This document shows positions 1 through 13,374 of a stretch of 64,000 bases of DNA, in pieces (the stretch's first letter is position 1; every line of letters begins with the position of its first letter). The stretch comes from Octopus sinensis (lineage: Eukaryota). The notes under the pieces were generated by a model that was not told where the DNA came from, searched no databases, and worked only from the letters and a program-made list of their open reading frames with translations. A program made the translations under genes and the position numbers. The stretch spans positions 163,680,001 to 163,744,000 of the forward strand of contig NC_042998.1 of the NCBI RefSeq assembly GCF_006345805.1, written 5' to 3'.

Positions 1-989
1 AGCAGTCAATAATATACGACGCTATAGTAAAGCTTCATTGTATAAATATACTGGCAAAAATGATGGTGCTTTGTTTTACTGGGAAGCAATACTACTGTAT
101 TGCACTATTTAATAAATTTTTCTTTGTATATATATATATATATATATATGTATATTTATAAGTTGAGAGAAAGAGATAGTGTGAAAAAAGGTCAGTGGAA
201 TTTTGGAAAAACATTTATTTATTTATTCATTATTGTTCGTGCTTTCATTCATTTTTCAAACAGAGTGTTGTCTCTGTTAGTTTAAAATCTTCGACTTCAA
301 GACCAGCTTCTCCTTTTGTTGAGGTTTGAATTTATTAGCTGCTTGGATACACATGGTGGATGCCACAAGGGCACATTAAACTAAGAGAGACAACATTTGT
401 ATATCACCTGAGGAAACACAGCTGGATCTCATTATGCAAACAAACAGTTGCATAATCAAACCAAGGACTTATTCTTTGTAAGCCTAGTACATATTTTACC
501 TATCTCTTTGATGAACTGCTAGGTTATGGGAATGTAAGCACACAAACACCAGTTGTCAAGTGGTGATGGTGGACAAAGACACAGAGACAAACACACACAT
601 CAAGAGAACAGTGATTTACACATCCAAGTTTTTGTTACACAGTTAATCACATCTTTCTTTGTCAGGGCCTATGCATGTTTCTGCTGCAAACCAGTGCACA
701 CTGCAATTGTGCATCTTGATGTTAATTACCAGTGCTGTTTCATCAGGGTCATATTTAACTATAGTTCAAATATTATGTGAATAAAGAATATGTATATAAT
801 AGAACAGTGATACAACAGAGTACCAATATTTACTGGAAATAGCAGTCAATAATATACGACGCTATAGTAAAGCTTCATTGTATAAATATACTGGCAAAAA
901 TGATGGTGCTTTGTTTTACTGGGAAGCAATACTACTGTATTGCACTATTTAATAAATTTTTCTTTGTATATATATATATATATATATAT
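1..989. repeat. Exact 149-bp direct repeat (1-149 equals 841-989)
   Basis: Base-for-base identical, both ending in (TA)n; the first copy may extend past the window edge. Confidence 0.95.
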
Positions 990-2683
990 ACATACATATA
1001 CACACACACATGATGGGCTTCTTTCAGTTTCTGTCTACCAAATCCACTCACTAGACTTTGGTCAGCCCAAGGCTATAGTAGAAGACACTTGCCCAAGGTG
1101 CCATGCAGTGGGACTGAACCAAGATTATGACAAATAAATTGTTATTCAACTACTTTATATTTTTACTCAAATTTCACTATTACTCTAGTGAAGGTATGTG
1201 ACTTAGTGATTAGTGTATCTCCCTTCAAGATCTGAAGATTGTAGTTTCGATTCCTGAACTGGGGAATGCATCGTGTTCTTGAGCAAGACACTTCATTTCA
1301 CCCTGCTCTGGTCCACTTAGCTGTAAATGAGTACCAGTAATAGCTGGAAAGTTTACTCTGCAATGGATCAGTATCCCTTTCAGTGGGAAATGTTATAATC
1401 TCAATTACTTAAACACTATGGAGACTGGGTTTAACCTTGGCCTTATGAGTTTGAATTAAAACACAATTATACCTAAGGCACAATTACACTTGAAACTAAT
1501 TAGGGATGGTCATTTGACCTACTTGAAATAGTATCACACCTTTCTCACATCACACACACACTACCAGATTAAAAAGGCAATAAAGTCCTAGGCATACTTT
1601 GAGACCCATCCAGCCCTGCCTCCTCAAAAAGAATTAGATTAGCAGACTGGAATAACAGCCACAACTATCACAAAGAGATAAAATGACTCCTTTCTGAGTC
1701 ATAGAGACTCATTGTGGCCAGTTTCCCAGTTTTTGTGGTGTGTATATTCCTCCCTGAATGGGACACCTGTCTGTTACAGGAATACTCATTTTTGCCAGCT
1801 GGGTGGACTGGAGTAATGTGAAATTATGTGTTTTGTTCAAAAACTTAATGCATTTTTTGGTCCAGGATTTGAAATCACAATCATGAGTGCAATACCCTGA
1901 CCACAAAGCCACATACCTCCACAACTGTTATACCGCTACACTTAACTGTTACATCAGTATTGAAGATGGGCTTCCCTACATAGCAATTCATCTGACTAGA
2001 AATAGCAGTCAAGTCTACATCATATTATAGCCTGCCATTTGAGTAAAAGGAAAACCATATTGGGTAATATAGCCCTAAATATTAAGACTCAAGTATAATG
2101 TCATGAATGCCATTTAAGAAAAAGAAAAAACACATTGGACAACATAGTTCAAGACACATAAAAAGCAATCACACTGGGGCCACATAAAAGTGCTCATGCC
2201 AGTGTCACATTAAAAAAACCCAGTACACCCTGTAAAGTGGTTGGCATTAGGAAGAGTATCCAGTTGTAGAAACCAAGCCAAATCAGACTGGGACCTGGTA
2301 CAGCTCTCCAGCTACCAGCTCTTGTCAAATTGTGCAACCCATGCCAGCATGGAAAACAGATGTTAAGGGATGACGGTGATGACAATGGCACACTAAACAT
2401 ACAAAATGTTGTGATCACAGCTGGAATGCCTTTAATTACTACAGAGGCCTACTAGTATGGGGCTGATCTGAGGCTAAACTGCATCAAAAAATGACTTCCC
2501 TTCTAAAGTATCAAAGAATGGCTTCCCTTCTAAAGTTATTTTTCTTTTGCATCAATTCAAATTGAATTCGTGTCACCCAGTTATCTCTCCTTCCCATTCT
2601 AGGAGAGCTGGGAAAGAAGGCTGTGGGTACTACATCTCATCGTCTAATGAACAGTGAACATAATTCCTGTTTTTCTGTTACAG

Positions 2684-2763
2684 ACTTTTGCGAATGTGCT
2701 GTGCTCTGAATTATTTTCTAGAATATATTCTTTCTGTGTACAAGATGGTGATGAAAAACAGAT
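2684..2763 (+). CDS. Gene 1 exon a (first seen in window; 80 nt, phase 0 to 2): TFANVLCSELFSRIYSFCVQDGDEKQ, PH-domain-like C-terminal strand and helix start
   Basis: Acceptor tttttctgttacag, donor AT|gtaaga; open frame whose end phase matches the downstream exons. A second frame is also open. The PH resemblance (R-x-Y-x-F...EK..W) is by eye only. Confidence 0.55.
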
Positions 2764-3804
2764 GTAAGATGTTATAAGCTGGTAACTGACATATGAGGTG
2801 TGTATGTCTGTGAAAGGTGTTGAGAATGATGGTGTACAGTGAGTTGGAATGCGGGTCTCAATTATTTTCAATTCAAAGGTGTGTGGTAATGGAAATGAAT
2901 ATCTTGTACATATATATGTACATACACATGTGTATGTATATATATGTTTCTATGCATGTGTATGTATATATATATATGTGTGTGTGTGTGTGTCTGTATG
3001 TATATATACATATATGTATATGTATGTATAAATATGTATATATATATGTATGAATATGTGAAGGCACATGACTCAGTGATCAGAGCATGGGGCTTATAAT
3101 GGTGTGGTTATGAGTTTGATTCTGAGATAAGTTTTATGTTGTGTTTTTGAGCAGGACACTTTATTTCATGCTGCTCCAGTTCACTCAGCTGTAGAAATGA
3201 GCTGTGATATCACTATTGCCAAGCTGAATCAGCCTTTGCCTTGGATAACATCAATGGCGTGGAGAGGGGAGACTGATGTGCATGGGTAAATATTGTTCTT
3301 CCACAAATAACCTTGCCCGGATTTCTGCCTCAGAGGGAAACTTTCTAGGTGCACTCCATCATCATTCTTGGCTAAAGGGAGTCCTTAATGTATATGTATG
3401 TACATGGAAGAAGGAGAACCAGGAAGACATGCAATGAATTATTGAAGTCTGATCTCAAAAGCTGAGCTGTACAAGGGAGATAACAGAGGACCAAGATATG
3501 TGGTGCATTGCTGTACTCAAGAAGACCTGCCCACCACAATGGAATTGAGATCCTAGAGCATAAAAAGCATTGGTGTGGAACCTGGTGCCATGTAAAAATC
3601 ACTGGTGATGGTACCACGTAAAAAGTATCCAGTATACTCTATAAAGTAGTTGGTGTTAGGAAGAGCATCCAACCATGCCTGAACAGATTATGGAACCTAG
3701 TGCAACCCCTGGCTTTGTCAGCTCAAATCATCCAACCCATACCAGCATGGAAAATAGACATTAAGTGTTGACCATTATCATGACAATGATATGTATGTAT
3801 TTAT

Positions 3805-4156
3805 GTGGCTGTGTGGTTAGTAGCTTGTTTACCAACCACATGGTTCCTGGTTCAGTCCCACTGCGTGACACCTTGGGCAAGTGTCTTCTACTATAGCCTC
3901 GGGCTGACCAAAGCCTTGTGAGTGGATTTGGTAGACGGAAACTGAAAGAAGCCCATCGTATATATGTATATACATATGTATGTGTGTGTCTGTGTTTGCT
4001 GGTGTGTTTATGTCCCCGTCACTTAGCGGCTCGGCAAAAAGAGACCGATAGAATAAGTACTGGGCTTACAAAGAATAAGTCCCAGGGTCAAGTTGCTCGA
4101 TTAAAGGCAGTGCTCCAGCATGGCCGCAGTCAAATGACTGAAACAAGTAAAAGAGA
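3805..4156 (+). mobile_element. tRNA-headed SINE, major family (near full length)
   Basis: A/B-box-like head (gtggctgtgtgg...ggttcagtccc), conserved body gccttgtgagtggatttggtagacggaaactgaaagaagccc, internal TA/TG tract, tail gactgaaacaagtaaaag. Further copies at 4545-4900(+), 42233-42640(+), 36960-37480(-) and 63095-63470(-). Confidence 0.88.
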
Positions 4157-4924
4157 GTATATATATATATATATATATGCTTTATTATATGAATATATAT
4201 TTATGTATATATATATAAAGGGTAAAGACCTCCTTCGGTCATGAATGACCATGGGATTGCACCTAGAAAGTTCCCCTTGAAGGCAAAGCTGTTTTATGGA
4301 AGTCCAGCAGTCACCTATGCTTACCAGCCTCCCCTCTCTATGCTACCGGTGTTATCCAAGGGAAAGGCAAAGGCTGATACAGCTCATTTCTACAGATGAG
4401 TGAACTGAAGCAACGTGAAATAAAGTGTCTTGCTCAAGCACACAACACAGAACCCAGTCCAGGAATCAAACTCACTACTTCATGATTGTGAGCCCAATGA
4501 TCTAATCACTGAGCCATGCTATATATATATATACATATATATAGGCATGGCTGTTTAGTAAGAAGCTTTCTTCCTAACTACATGGCTCGGGGTTCAGTCC
4601 CACTGCATGGCAACTTAGACAAATGTCTTCTACTATAGCCTGTGGAGTTGGTAGACGGAAACTGAAGAAGCCCATTGTATATATGTATACGTGTGTGTGT
4701 GTTTGTGTCTGTGTTTGTACCCCACCATCACTTGACAACCGATGTTGGTGTGTTTATGTCCCCGTAACTTAGTGGTTCAGCAAAAGAGACCGATAGAATG
4801 AGTACTAGGCTTATAAAGACAAAGTCCTGGGTCGATTTATTTGACTAATGGCAGTGCTCCAGCATGGCCACAATCAAATGACTGAAACAAGTAAAAAGGT
4901 AATATATATATATATATATATATC

Positions 4925-6045
4925 CATGGGTTCCGGAAAAATCTTTACACCTTCTTTAAAAACTTAGGCCTTAGGATTACCTTAGAACCCAACTTAACAA
5001 AAGCTAACTTCCTTGATGTCACCCTCGACTTAAAAACCTCACTTTATTACCCGTACCACAAACCAAATGAATCCCTTAGATATATAGATATTAATTCCAA
5101 CCACCCCAAAAATATATTAGATAACCTAGTAAAAAGTGTCTCAATTAGAATTTCTAGCCTGTCCGCCACGGAAGACATCTTTAAGGCCGCAGCCCCCTAT
5201 TACAACAAGGCCCTGGCCCGCAGTGGCTTTAAAGATAAGATTACCTATACTAGTATAGCCCCACGCCAACCCAGGAAAAATAGACGAAGACACATTAGCT
5301 GGTACAACCCCCCCTTCAACCGTGAGGTCGCTACACCTGTAGCTAAAATCTTCTTCACTCTCCTACAGAAACACTTCCCCACCCAACATAAGTACTACAC
5401 TATCCTAAATAAGAACACTATTAGACTCTCCTACTCTACCACGCCCAATCTAGCCAGGAACCTAGCCAACAACAATGTGAAAAAACTTAACATATCTACT
5501 TTTTCCGAGGCCCATCCAACGTCCGATAGCAATTGCAACTGCCCTGATAAAACCACCTGCCCCCTCAACAACAACTGCCTACAGAGGGACCTAGTATATA
5601 CATGCGAGGTAAGATCAGGCCCTGACGATAAAAGAAAATCCTACATCGGAATGACGTCAAACAGCTTTAAGACCCGTTGGTACGCACACACACACTCGTT
5701 CCGGCGACAGGATAAATCCAACCAACTACCCTCGCCGCCCACATCTGGTACCTTAAAAGGAACTCCATCCCCTTCAAGACCAAGTGGAAACTACTACAGA
5801 AGGCGCGCTCGTACACAGGAGGCCATACCTGCTGTGACCTCTGCATATCAGAGAGCCTAGAGATCTTGTTCGCCAAAGGCCCTCTCCTTAACAAAATCTC
5901 AGAACACTCCCCAAATTGCATGCATAAGAAGTATGCGAACTACAAGAACTATAGACCTACCCGCAACCAGATTGATGACACCCCACCCACAAAACCCCCC
6001 CAATCCCACCGTTCCCCTAGCACCCCCGATTACCTTTTCTCCTAA
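4925..6045 (+). mobile_element. 5'-truncated Penelope-like retroelement: RT C-terminus plus GIY-YIG endonuclease, one 1-bp frameshift near 5725
   Basis: Frame open from 4925: NFLDVTLDL..YHKPN..YI..NSNHP...SGFK...RRRHISWYNPPF...KHFP...CNC..CPLNNNCL..LVYTC..YIGMT.NSFKTRW..HTHSF. After the shift: TLAAHIWYLK..CDLC.SE...LLNK.SE...CMHK, stop at 6043-6045. These are typical PLE motifs. Confidence 0.92.
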
Positions 6046-6059
6046 CACCTTTCAAATAT

Positions 6060-6162
6060 TGTATGTGCACGCTTGTATATGTGTATCGTATATATGTATA
6101 GAAATGTATGGGTATAGTAGGAATATACGCATGTATTATGTGTGTGTGTGTGTGTATGTATG

Positions 6163-6199
<37 letters not shown>

Positions 6200-6604
6200 G
6201 CGTGTGTGTGTGTGTGTGTGTATATATGTATATATGTATATATGTATATGTGTATATATGTGTGTATGCATATGTATGTGTATATGTATGTGTGTATGTA
6301 TGTGTATGTATGTATAAAATATTATATAATTAGGGCTTAGTAAAATAAATTACTTTGCCACACACTGAACTTTCTAGAAATAGCAGCCAAAAAAGTTTTT
6401 TAGCCTCTTCCACTACTTAGAGAATATTTTCCCTCAGACATTATTTACTCAAAAAAATAATGGTCCTTTTACATACTGAATACTTGGTGAAATTGATTAA
6501 TAACTAATTAACTTTACCCTCAATTGTTGATATATGTATGTGTGTGTATATGTGTGTATGTATATGTATATGTACATGTATGTATGTGTGTATGTATGTA
6601 TATG

Positions 6605-6637
<33 letters not shown>

Positions 6638-6647
6638 GTGTGTATAC

Positions 6648-6685
<38 letters not shown>

Positions 6686-6886
6686 ATATGTGTATTATGT
6701 ATATATTTATATATATGTGTGTGTGTATATGTATATATGTGTATATATATATGAGTGTACGCGAGTATGTCGATGTATATGTAGGTATGTAGAGTTATGT
6801 GTATGTGCATGTATGTGAGTGTAGATACAAACTGTAGATGCGTATATATATGTGTGTGTATATATACATGTATATAGGTATATGTA

Positions 6887-6918
<32 letters not shown>

Positions 6919-7159
6919 ATATATATGTATATGCGAGTATGTAGAGATATAAGTATGTGCATGTGTATATATGTGTGTATATATATGTATAGGTATGTGT
7001 ATGTGTATGTATGTATATATATATATGTGTGTGTGTATGTATGCATATATGTATGTATGTATATGTGTATGTATATATATGTGTGTAAGTGTGTGTATAT
7101 ATGTATATGTAAGTGTGTGTGCGTGTATGAGTATGTATGTATGTTTGCACACATGTATA

Positions 7160-7230
<71 letters not shown>

Positions 7231-7456
7231 GTATGTGTTGTGTATATATGTGTGTATGTGTATGTATATATATGCGTGTGTATGTGTATGTGTATATGTA
7301 CATATACGTGTACGCTCGTGTGTTTATGTATATGTAGGTACGTAGAGTTATCTATGTGTGTATGTATTTGTACATGTGTGTAAGTATGTATATATATATA
7401 TGTGTATATGTGTGTGTATATATATATTATATATGTATATGTATATATAGTGTGTA

Positions 7457-7493
<37 letters not shown>

Positions 7494-8074
7494 CGGGAAG
7501 CTTTATGAAAATAAACAAAAGACGAAGGCAGGTGGAAAACAAACGAACAATTGTATTAGTATGGCGCTCAGGAAATATAAATAAAACAAGTCTTTAACGT
7601 TTCGAGCCTACGCTCTTCAACAGAAAGATACACAGAGAGAGAAAAACACAGAAAGAAGGAGAGAAAAAAAATGCGTGCAGTAGCTAACAAATCAACATGG
7701 CGGTGTGTAAGTTTATATGTATGTATCCGTCTATATAATAGGTAACTGCACGTACATATACTTAATATTTATTATTTATTTTTTGAGTATGCATGTATGA
7801 ATAACTGCGCGTATATATATTTTACTATTTACTTATTTTTTGAGTATGCATGTAAGTATGAATATAAGGAGGCACGTGTGTGTGTGTGTATGTGTAAGCA
7901 TAGATATATGTATACTTTTACGCATGTGTGTACTTATGTGTATATATGGATGCGCGTGTGTGTGTGTGTGTATGGGTACGCATGTACATGTGTATGTGCG
8001 TGTATGTGTATATGAGTATGTATGTATGTGTGTGCGTATATTTGTATATGTATGTATGTATATGTATGTGTGTG

Positions 8075-8127
<53 letters not shown>

Positions 8128-8854
8128 ATGTGTATGTATGTATATGTATATGCGTATGTGTATGTATTTGTATGTGTATGCATGCGCGTATATATATGTA
8201 CGTATATGTATACGTGTGGGTGTGTGTATGTGTATAAATGTATGTATGTATGGATGTATGTATGTATACGTATGTATGTGTATGTGTGTATATGTATGTA
8301 TGTGTATGTGTGTGTATATGTATATATATATATATGTATATATGTATATGTATGTATATGTATATATATATATATATATGTATATATATGTATGTATATA
8401 TATGTGAATATGTATATATATGTATATATATATATACATGTATGTATTTGTATGTAGGTGTATATGTATGTGTGTGTATTTATATTTATTGGTGTATATG
8501 TATAGACTAGCCTTCTAAGAGTGTAGACATGAATCTGTAGGTACGCGTACGTATGTGTATATACGTGAATGTATGTAGATGTATGTATGTATGAATATAA
8601 CGCGTGCGTGCGTGTATGTGTATGAGTGTGCGAATGAGTGAGTGTACGTGCTAAAGAGTGTGCGTGAGTAAATGAGTGCTTGTTTTCCAGTAGACAGATA
8701 AATGGACTGGCTGTCATAGCCAAGATGTTTGTGACCAGCGACCAAAGATAACAAAAGTAATAAATGAAGATAATAAAATTAAAATTAGGGAATGGGTCTG
8801 TATTTGTATGTGTATATATATGTGTGTATGTGTAGGTATGCATAGGTACACATA

Positions 8855-8898
<44 letters not shown>

Positions 8899-9260
8899 AT
8901 GTATGTATGTGTGTATATGTGTGTGTATGTGTATATATGTGTATATAGGGACTAGTGTGCTGTGTGTGCATATGGTGTGTGGATATGTGTGTGTATGCGT
9001 GTATGTGAGTATGTGTGTGTATGTGTATATATTTTTTCTGTGTGTGTATGTATGTGTGGTCGTGTGTGTATATATACATGTGTGTATACGTGTATGCATG
9101 TGAGTGTGTGTATGTATACATATATGTGTATGTGTAGATATGTATATGTATGTGTAAGTGTATATATATGTATATATGTGTGTGTGTACGTATGTGTGTA
9201 TGTATATGTATATATGTTTGTATGTGTGTGTATATATGTATACATATGTGCATATGTATA
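6060..9260. repeat. About 3.2-kb compound (TA)/(TG)/(TATG) microsatellite field with embedded repeats
   Basis: Direct inspection; source of the spurious YI/VC-repeat ORFs. Confidence 0.95.
7493..7715 (-). mobile_element. PLE-type terminal repeat with minimal hammerhead-like motif (7591-7628)
   Basis: Minus strand TCTTT-CTGTTGA-A-GAGC(GTAG)GCTC-GAAA-CGTT-AAAGA; more decayed copies of the same family near 23250-23460 and 49262-49440. Confidence 0.6.
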
Positions 9261-9261
9261 A

Positions 9262-9620
9262 GTGAGAATCTCCTTATTTACCTAAAACTCTATTCCCTTT
9301 TTTTATATATATTTTTTTATATATTTTTTTTATTTTTTTATTTATTCTTCTATCTAATTTAACACTGACTCCTTGACCACTCCCCCATGTATGATATTTT
9401 GCGCTATGCCTACCCCCAAAAAGTCCCCCACCAACACCCTTTTAAACCTGCCTAAATGTGTAAATGCCAATACAATTCTTGTTAACTAGCTTCCTGAAGA
9501 TTTCTCTTGAATGAAACAGTTCTAGTCCTGTAGAAGCTCCTTCTATATAATAATTAATTTTACTCTACTATGTATTGAGTACCTTATTTACTGTGGTTAA
9601 CCCCGAATCAACCCGGGACC
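9262..9620 (+). mobile_element. Probable Penelope-like 3' terminal repeat (pLTR) region containing the hammerhead
   Basis: Same strand and C-rich bias as the PLE ORF; ends at a (TA)n tract. Hammerheads in PLE pLTRs are established. The link to the 4925-6045 ORF is inferred. Confidence 0.5.
9488..9538 (+). ncRNA. Type I hammerhead ribozyme fold
   Basis: AGCTTC-CTGAAGA-TTTC(TCTT)GAAT-GAAA-CAG(TTCTAGTC)CTG-TA-GAAGCT: 6-bp stem I, full core, 4-bp stem III, GUA triplet; only the 10.1-11.1 pair is U-U. Activity is untested. Confidence 0.78.
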
Positions 9621-9657
9621 TACATATATATATATATATATTATGTATGTATATGTA

Positions 9658-9707
<50 letters not shown>

Positions 9708-11426
9708 CATACATACATGCATGTATATATGCATATCTGTATATATGATGGAATATCCCATTGAAAACACCTTGTGAGTGTTCAGTTTTTGTTGAAAGAT
9801 CTGCACAAGTGACTTGTTGATAGTAGTCAAATGTTTATGCCATACATTAGCTCACTCCCACTGTCAAATTGACATTGCCTGTATAGGTGCAAAAGTATGC
9901 CATATGTCAGATGTCAAAATATATGTGTGTGTGTGTATATATATATATGTATGTATGTATATGGTGTTTTACAGTAAGGAAAGTTTTCTTTTCCATAGTA
10001 ACTGCAGTGAATTTGCGTTTAGAAGTTGAAATATGCCACAAATATATTTTAACGCATCTAAAGTTCACACACATGCACACATAGATATGTGTGTGTATTT
10101 GTATATGTGTATATATGTATGTGTGTGCGTATGTGTGTTTATATGTATATATATTTGTGTGTGTGTGTGTAACTGAAGCAGAATGACACATGGAAAATAC
10201 ATCTAAGTACATATATTAAAATTATCATAAGGTATTCTATATATCAATTTAATGGGCTTGGACTCATATTATTAGTGGGGATATGTATATAAAATTATAT
10301 ATACATACCTTGCCTTCATCAGCAGATGACAGAGGTATTAGAATAAGAATGTTACTTATATTTATAGATGCTAGCTTTGCCACAATTTTTAAAAGAGCCA
10401 GAATTTACTAAGGCATACTCTTATAGTGACCACCTTATCAAATGCTGGTAAATGCAGAAAAAATGTATGCATATATAATTATTCATCTTCATCATCATCA
10501 TTTTACACTTACCTTCCATAATGGCATGATTGAATGATTAGACAGTTCAAAGGCTGTATTGTGCTCCAATGTGTTAGTTTGAACATAGTTTTTACAGCTA
10601 TATACCCCACTTATGTTAACTATGTTATAGAATGTACAAAGTGTTATTTTCATTGCACCAGCACTAGTGAGGTCACCTTATTATTGGCAAGTCTGAACAA
10701 CCATCATGACTGAAAGGAAAATAAAGATGGAGAGAAAGAGAGCACTTTAAGTGAAGTGATGAGAGGAGGGATTTGTTGTTGTGAAAAAGTGGTAGCAAAA
10801 AGAATAGCAGAATAGACTCTGTTGGGAAGGGCATAATGAAAGCAAGGTGGTAAAGAGAAAGGGAAAGTGTTGTGTCTGGAGATAGCAAAAGAGAGAGAGA
10901 GAAAGTGAGAGGGAGAGAGTAAAAAGGTTAACAGAGCGGCTAGTTTAGGGGGATCCGTGCTCTCCTGTTATTAGGGTGAAGAATGTGGGTAGAAGGTGTG
11001 GTAACAAGAAGGTATGAGTAACAAAAAGACGTAGGGTTGACGAACATCTAAAAGTGGCTGAGGAGAGAGGCATATTGCAGAGATTAAGAGCAATGTGGTG
11101 GGGTTGTAAAGGTGCAAGACAGTTTCAGAGATGCTGTGGGATGAAAACAGTGGAGGAGCAGTGGGTAATTACTGCAAATAGAATGAGATATAAGAGAAAC
11201 TTGCAAGAACCATTTAGGTGTTGGAGAAAGTGGAGGATGAATGTTGAGCAAGAATTCCAGAAAGACAGTCTGTGGTATAGAAGGACAGTGAGACAAAGAC
11301 AAGGCAGCGGATGTCTTGCAGTAGAGGAGATGCTTGGCTACCTCAACTGTAAAAAGAGAGATAGCAGAGAGAGAGAGTTGTGTTGGACTGTGCCCTCAAG
11401 TTACATGGTGGGGTATATAAGTAACC

Positions 11427-11935
11427 ATCATCGTTTAGCATCAGCGTTCTATGCTGGCATGGGTTGAACAGTTTGACATGGAACTGGCCATCTGGGAGCT
11501 GTCCAGACTCCAATTGTCTGTTGTAGTATGGTTTCTATGGCTGGATGCCCTTCCTAATGCCAACCACTTAACAGAGTGTGCTGGATGCATCTTACGTGCC
11601 ACCAGCACCGGCACAGGTGTGTTAATGCAGCACCAGCACAGGTGCTTTTTAGATAGTACCAACATCTGAAAGGTGTAGAAGACAGTAATTTCACTGAGCT
11701 TGACATGTCTTATCAAGTACAGCAAATTGCCACATCTCTCAGTCCCTTGTCATTTCCTCAGTGAGGCCCAGCATCTGAAGATCCTTTCTCACCACTTCAT
11801 CCTATATCTTCCTGGGGTCTACCCCTTCCACAAGTCCCCTCCACAATTAGAGCTCAGCACTTCTTTACACAGCTGTACTCATCCATAGACATCACATGAC
11901 CAAAACCAGTGCAGTCTTCTCTCTTGCACACAAGT
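11427..11935 (-). mobile_element. RTE LINE 3' end with its UTR and (GAT)n tail
   Basis: Minus strand VQERRLHWFGHVM..CGRGRPRK..DEVVRKDL. The UTR (ggaagggcatccagcc...aacccatgccagcatgg) recurs near 2250, 3650, 19600, 19970, 37130, 40100, 54300, 57330 and 58560. Confidence 0.8.
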
Positions 11936-13374
11936 GAAGTATTATATATGTATGTGTGTCTGTGTGTGGCATATATATATATTTATATATATTTGTATGT
12001 ATATATGAATATATGTGTATATATATATGTATGTATATATGAATATATATATATATATATATATTTGTATGTATATATAAATATATATATATTTGTATGT
12101 ATGTATGTGTGTATGAATATATATATAAAATATTTATATATATATATATATGTATATACACACACATGTATATATATATATATGTCTTTGTGTACCTGCG
12201 TCCATAAATAAAGACTTTTGGAGTCTTTTACTCTCTTTGGCTAATTAATTCTCTAATGTTTAAAAGACTAACTTAGATCTCTATCCATACACACAGAGAC
12301 TTTAAACACATGTATGGTTTGAATAGCAGCTCAATATAAATGGCTCACAGACTGCATGGAAGTCTCTGGTTTTTGCAGAGATGCCTCACTAGGAGATGGC
12401 ATTTTTTTTTATTTTCATACCATGAAGGTGGTATTGTTTCCATGGTAATAAGCCAGTAATAGCTTGTTGCTGCAGATATAAATAATCTAAATAATTAGGG
12501 TTCTCTCCCCTTAAAATGTGTTTTTGTGTCTTTTTTTCTATTTCTGATTAATCAATATTTATCTGTTATAAAATATTGATTCTTAATATCTCAGTGTTGA
12601 GAGAATAAAAAAAAATATGTGCATTAATGTAAAGAAGCTACTTTGAAGATCCATCCCACCCAGTCACTTTGTAAGAAATGCACATTAAAAAAGTTAATGA
12701 CGATGATGATGATGGCAGATAGAAAGATAGATATATGTGAATCACATGAAAACAGAGATTACAATATGAACCCCTAACCGTACTATCTGAATGACTATGT
12801 GACTTCAATGCATGTCCTTTGTAGGGCATTCTAACAGCAACTTATCCCTGATGGACCATCCTTGCTGTTATAGTGTTGATTGTGATTTCAACCATATAGT
12901 TATCAACTTCAGTAGCTGTTTATTCTGTTGAGCCTACATGGAGTAGTCACTCCCTCTTTGTCCCACACATTTCCCTCATTCCTCCAGCTTTATTTATAAC
13001 ACTTCCAAATGTCTTTCTTCTTGGTGTCAGTGAGGATAAAGTGCTACATTGTCAGTTTGAATACACTTGCCCCAAGTGACATCTTATTTTCACACTGACA
13101 CACTGACACACAAATCTGAATACCTCAAACCTATGATTCTTTCATTACAGAACATTGGTGCACTTCTTACCTTCATTTTCTCTATTCTATGAACCCGATA
13201 TCTCGCTTCTCTTCTCACTGCCTGATATTGTTGCTTGCTTCCCACTTTGTTCCAATATTTCCTGATCTATGTTTGGCAGATTATTTCATAGATACATACT
13301 GTTATCCTGTATGTTTGATATTGTTTTATCCTTTTATTTCCTTCAGTCATTTGACTGGAGACATTATTAGATAA

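Noticed and set aside
2603-2709. Upstream acceptor at 2602 giving GELGKKAV...ECAVL*
   Set aside because: Stops in every frame before the 2763 donor, and an intervening intron would be under 60 nt.
6017-9362. Long track ORFs of YI/HT/VC/MY repeats (also at 26-28.8, 47.4-47.9 and 50.3-52.9 kb)
   Set aside because: Translations of (TA)/(TG)/(TATG) microsatellites, open in many frames on both strands; no coding signal.
10309-10444. Minus-strand exon-like segment (ttttttctgcatttaccag ... AAG|gtatgt)
   Set aside because: Stops in all three frames and no partner exons found; only stranded RNA-seq could show a noncoding antisense exon.
11054-11467. 137-aa plus-strand ORF MAEERGIL...
   Set aside because: Runs into the antisense of an RTE UTR; purine-rich low-complexity sequence with no recognisable motif.
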